From: Marsupella aquatica
Lineage: Eukaryota; Plantae; Marchantiophyta
Direction: 5' to 3'
DNA length: 64,000 nt
NCBI GenBank assembly: GCA_973895155.1
Contig: OZ316893.1
Location: forward strand, 4,198,490-4,262,489
Part shown: piece by piece, positions 62,001 to 64,000 of the stretch
Numbering within the stretch: the stretch's first letter is position 1
Layout: each line of letters begins with the position of its first letter
Translations under genes and position numbers: made by a program
The notes under the pieces: generated by a model
Told to the model about the DNA's origin: nothing
Database searches by the model: none
What the model saw: the letters and a program-made list of their open reading frames with translations, nothing else

Positions 62001-64000
62001 ACATCAAAGATTTCAGTACCATTGCACACCCATTGTATGCTTTGTTGAAAAAGAATGTGACTTAGACATGGAGTACAGATGCTGAGGCAGCATTTGCCAC
62101 TTTGAAGGAGAAGCTCTCCGAATACCCGGTGCTGAGAAGACCTGATTTCAGCAAGGTCTTTGTGCTACACACAGATTGGAGTGCCCTTGGGATTGGTGCC
62201 ATTCTGGGCCAGCATGATGAGGAAGGTAAAGAGTACGTCATTGCCTATGCATCCAGGAGCAACAATCAGGCAGAGAGTCATTATTCTTCTTATAAGGGTG
62301 AATGCCTTGCTGTTGTGTGGGCTGTCATACATTATAGGCCCTACCTCTATGGGACCAGGTTTGTTCTCTACACCGACCACCAGCCCTTGAAGTGGTTGAT
62401 GACCAATGACAAGCTTACTGGCAAGCTTGCTCGTTGGGCGCTCATACTCCAGGAGTATGATTTTGAGGTAATTCATAGGCCTGGTGTGACACATCAGAAT
62501 GCTTACACTATGTCCCGCAGCCCTTTGATTACCTCTGATGATTCCTCAGATGCACGGCAAGATTTTGACCAGGTTTCCATCCTGCCTACATTTCATGCAT
62601 CGACCTATCTTGCTTTGCTGCCATGCTATGTTGTTGACCAACCTGTGGTGGACATATGGGAGGACAATGACACTCTGAGACTTCTGCAGCATGGGGAATT
62701 ACCCACACATGTTACTGCTGCCCAGAGAGACCGAATTCAGCAAAGGTCCAAGCGCTACTTGTGGAAGGGAGATCATCTCGTGCGCTGCTTGCCAGACAGG
62801 GAAGTGGTGGTTCCACCCATTCATGAGAGGGTTGGCCTTATCCGTAAGGTACATTCTGAGCTTGGTCATTTTGGCGTTAAGAGGACTTACAGCCTCTTGG
62901 TCCCTCATTATGATTGGAGAGGCATGCATGGCCAGGTTCGAGATGTTATTGCCCGGTGTGAATAGTGTGATAGGGTGAGGACTTCTTTCACATCTTGGCA
63001 ACCCACACTTCATCCACTCCCTATTCAGGGCATGTTTTATCGCTGGTCATGTGATTTGGCTGGAGAATTACCCCTCACATCTCGGGGTAATCTCTACATC
63101 ATGATCATGATAGAGCATTTCTCCAAGTGGATAGAACTTGTGGCATTGCCGGATAAGACCTCCCGTAGCACCAGCCAGGCATTCCTGCAACAAGTTCTCA
63201 GCCGCTTTGGAGCTTGTGCAGAATGTCTTACTGACCAAGGCTCAGAGTTTAGAGGAGAGTTCCAGGAGCTGCTTGATCAGGCCCTCATTGATCATCGCCG
63301 GACATCACGAGATCACCCACAGGCAGATGGCTTGGCAGAGCGCATGGTTCAGACATGCAAGAAGGGTCTCCGGAAGATCTGCCTCACCAAAAACAAGGAG
63401 GATTGGGACCTGGCCTTACCCTACATTGCCATGGGGTATAGGATGTCCAGACATGCATCACTGTCTAACTTTTCTCCCTACTTCTTGTTGTTTGGTCGTC
63501 ACCTAGTTCCACCTTCTGCTATTGCTGCTCACATGCTTAAGGTGGTGGACTTGGATTTAGCTGTGACTTGGTCTGATGTGATCTCTGAGAGGGCTGCCCT
63601 ATTCAGGAGGGTTATGCCCATGGCCATGGAGAATTTGGCCATTGCACAGCACAGGGACACACTGCGTTATGCACACACACGAGGGGGCACTTTTCAGCCC
63701 AAGGTCAGGAAGTTTGATGTGGGAGATTTTGTGTACTTGCAGCGGCAAGCTAACGACACCTTGGACACCTCTACCAGTCGTACCATTCTCAGGGTTAAAG
63801 CTATTCGACCGTCTGGAGTGCTAGAGTTACAAGGGGCAGATGGGCGCACAATTGCTGACAATGCCAAGAATTGCGCCCCTTGTCATCTGCCTAACCTAGA
63901 TCCCACCATTGTGACTTCTACTTGGATTCCACATGTGGACTACCCTTGCAAGGTGTGTTTGCGAATTGATATTGCTGACCAGATGCTGCTGTGTGACAAT
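58988..64000 (+). pseudogene. Gypsy pol: protease-DNMT-RT-RNase H-integrase-PHD, one frame with four in-frame stops
   Basis: All fragments share one frame; stops at 59972, 61145, 62063 and 62963; window ends YPCKVCLRIDIADQMLLCDN. Confidence 0.93.
59810..60790 (+). other. DNMT3-like C5 cytosine methyltransferase domain within pol
   Basis: Motif I LLELFGGISTG; II YVDID; IV IIAGWECQGFS then GL.DSRSGLF; VI YIIENT; VIII SYAHCLRNFWTNL; IX ERERAMGF..GTT; X LLGRVMD. Confidence 0.88.

Larger units (their letters stand above)
54530..64000 (+). mobile_element. Ty3/gypsy LTR retrotransposon encoding a C5 DNA methyltransferase and a PHD finger; runs off the window; 5' boundary tentative
   Basis: gag with two CCHC knuckles, then PR (LDTGA), DNMT, RT (YIDD), RH (TDWS...TDH), IN (TDQGSEF...AERM) and PHD start; PBS-like sequence at 56701. 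Confidence 0.92.

Overview
Eukaryotic nuclear DNA, almost certainly from a non-flowering land plant (GT-AG introns, plant TE families, a native-type mitochondrial trnW insert). It is TE-dense with one likely host gene (28494-28874). Contents: (1) a Ty1/copia element (6768-17029, TSD TATAT) interrupted by a truncated DNA transposon copy; (2) a CRE-like RLE non-LTR retrotransposon; (3) MITEs, a solo LTR, Helitron-like ends, a hAT remnant and a long-TIR pack element; (4) an 11.7-kb Sola1/DUF7869-like DNA transposon (41116-52832, TIRs, TSD CAAT). That transposon carries four cargo genes, including an F-box-like gene and a spliced ParB-like + beta-class amino-DNA-methyltransferase gene, and its non-coding DNA is studded with the palindrome CGATAAATTTATCG; (5) a Ty3/gypsy element (~54530 to beyond the window end) whose pol contains a DNMT3-like C5 methyltransferase between protease and RT and ends in a PHD finger, with an inverted copy of the DNMT region in its 5' LTR region. 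The best candidate for a new system is the cargo transposon with its ParB-MTase and repeated palindromic sites. Family assignments come from motif recognition by eye, not database searches.
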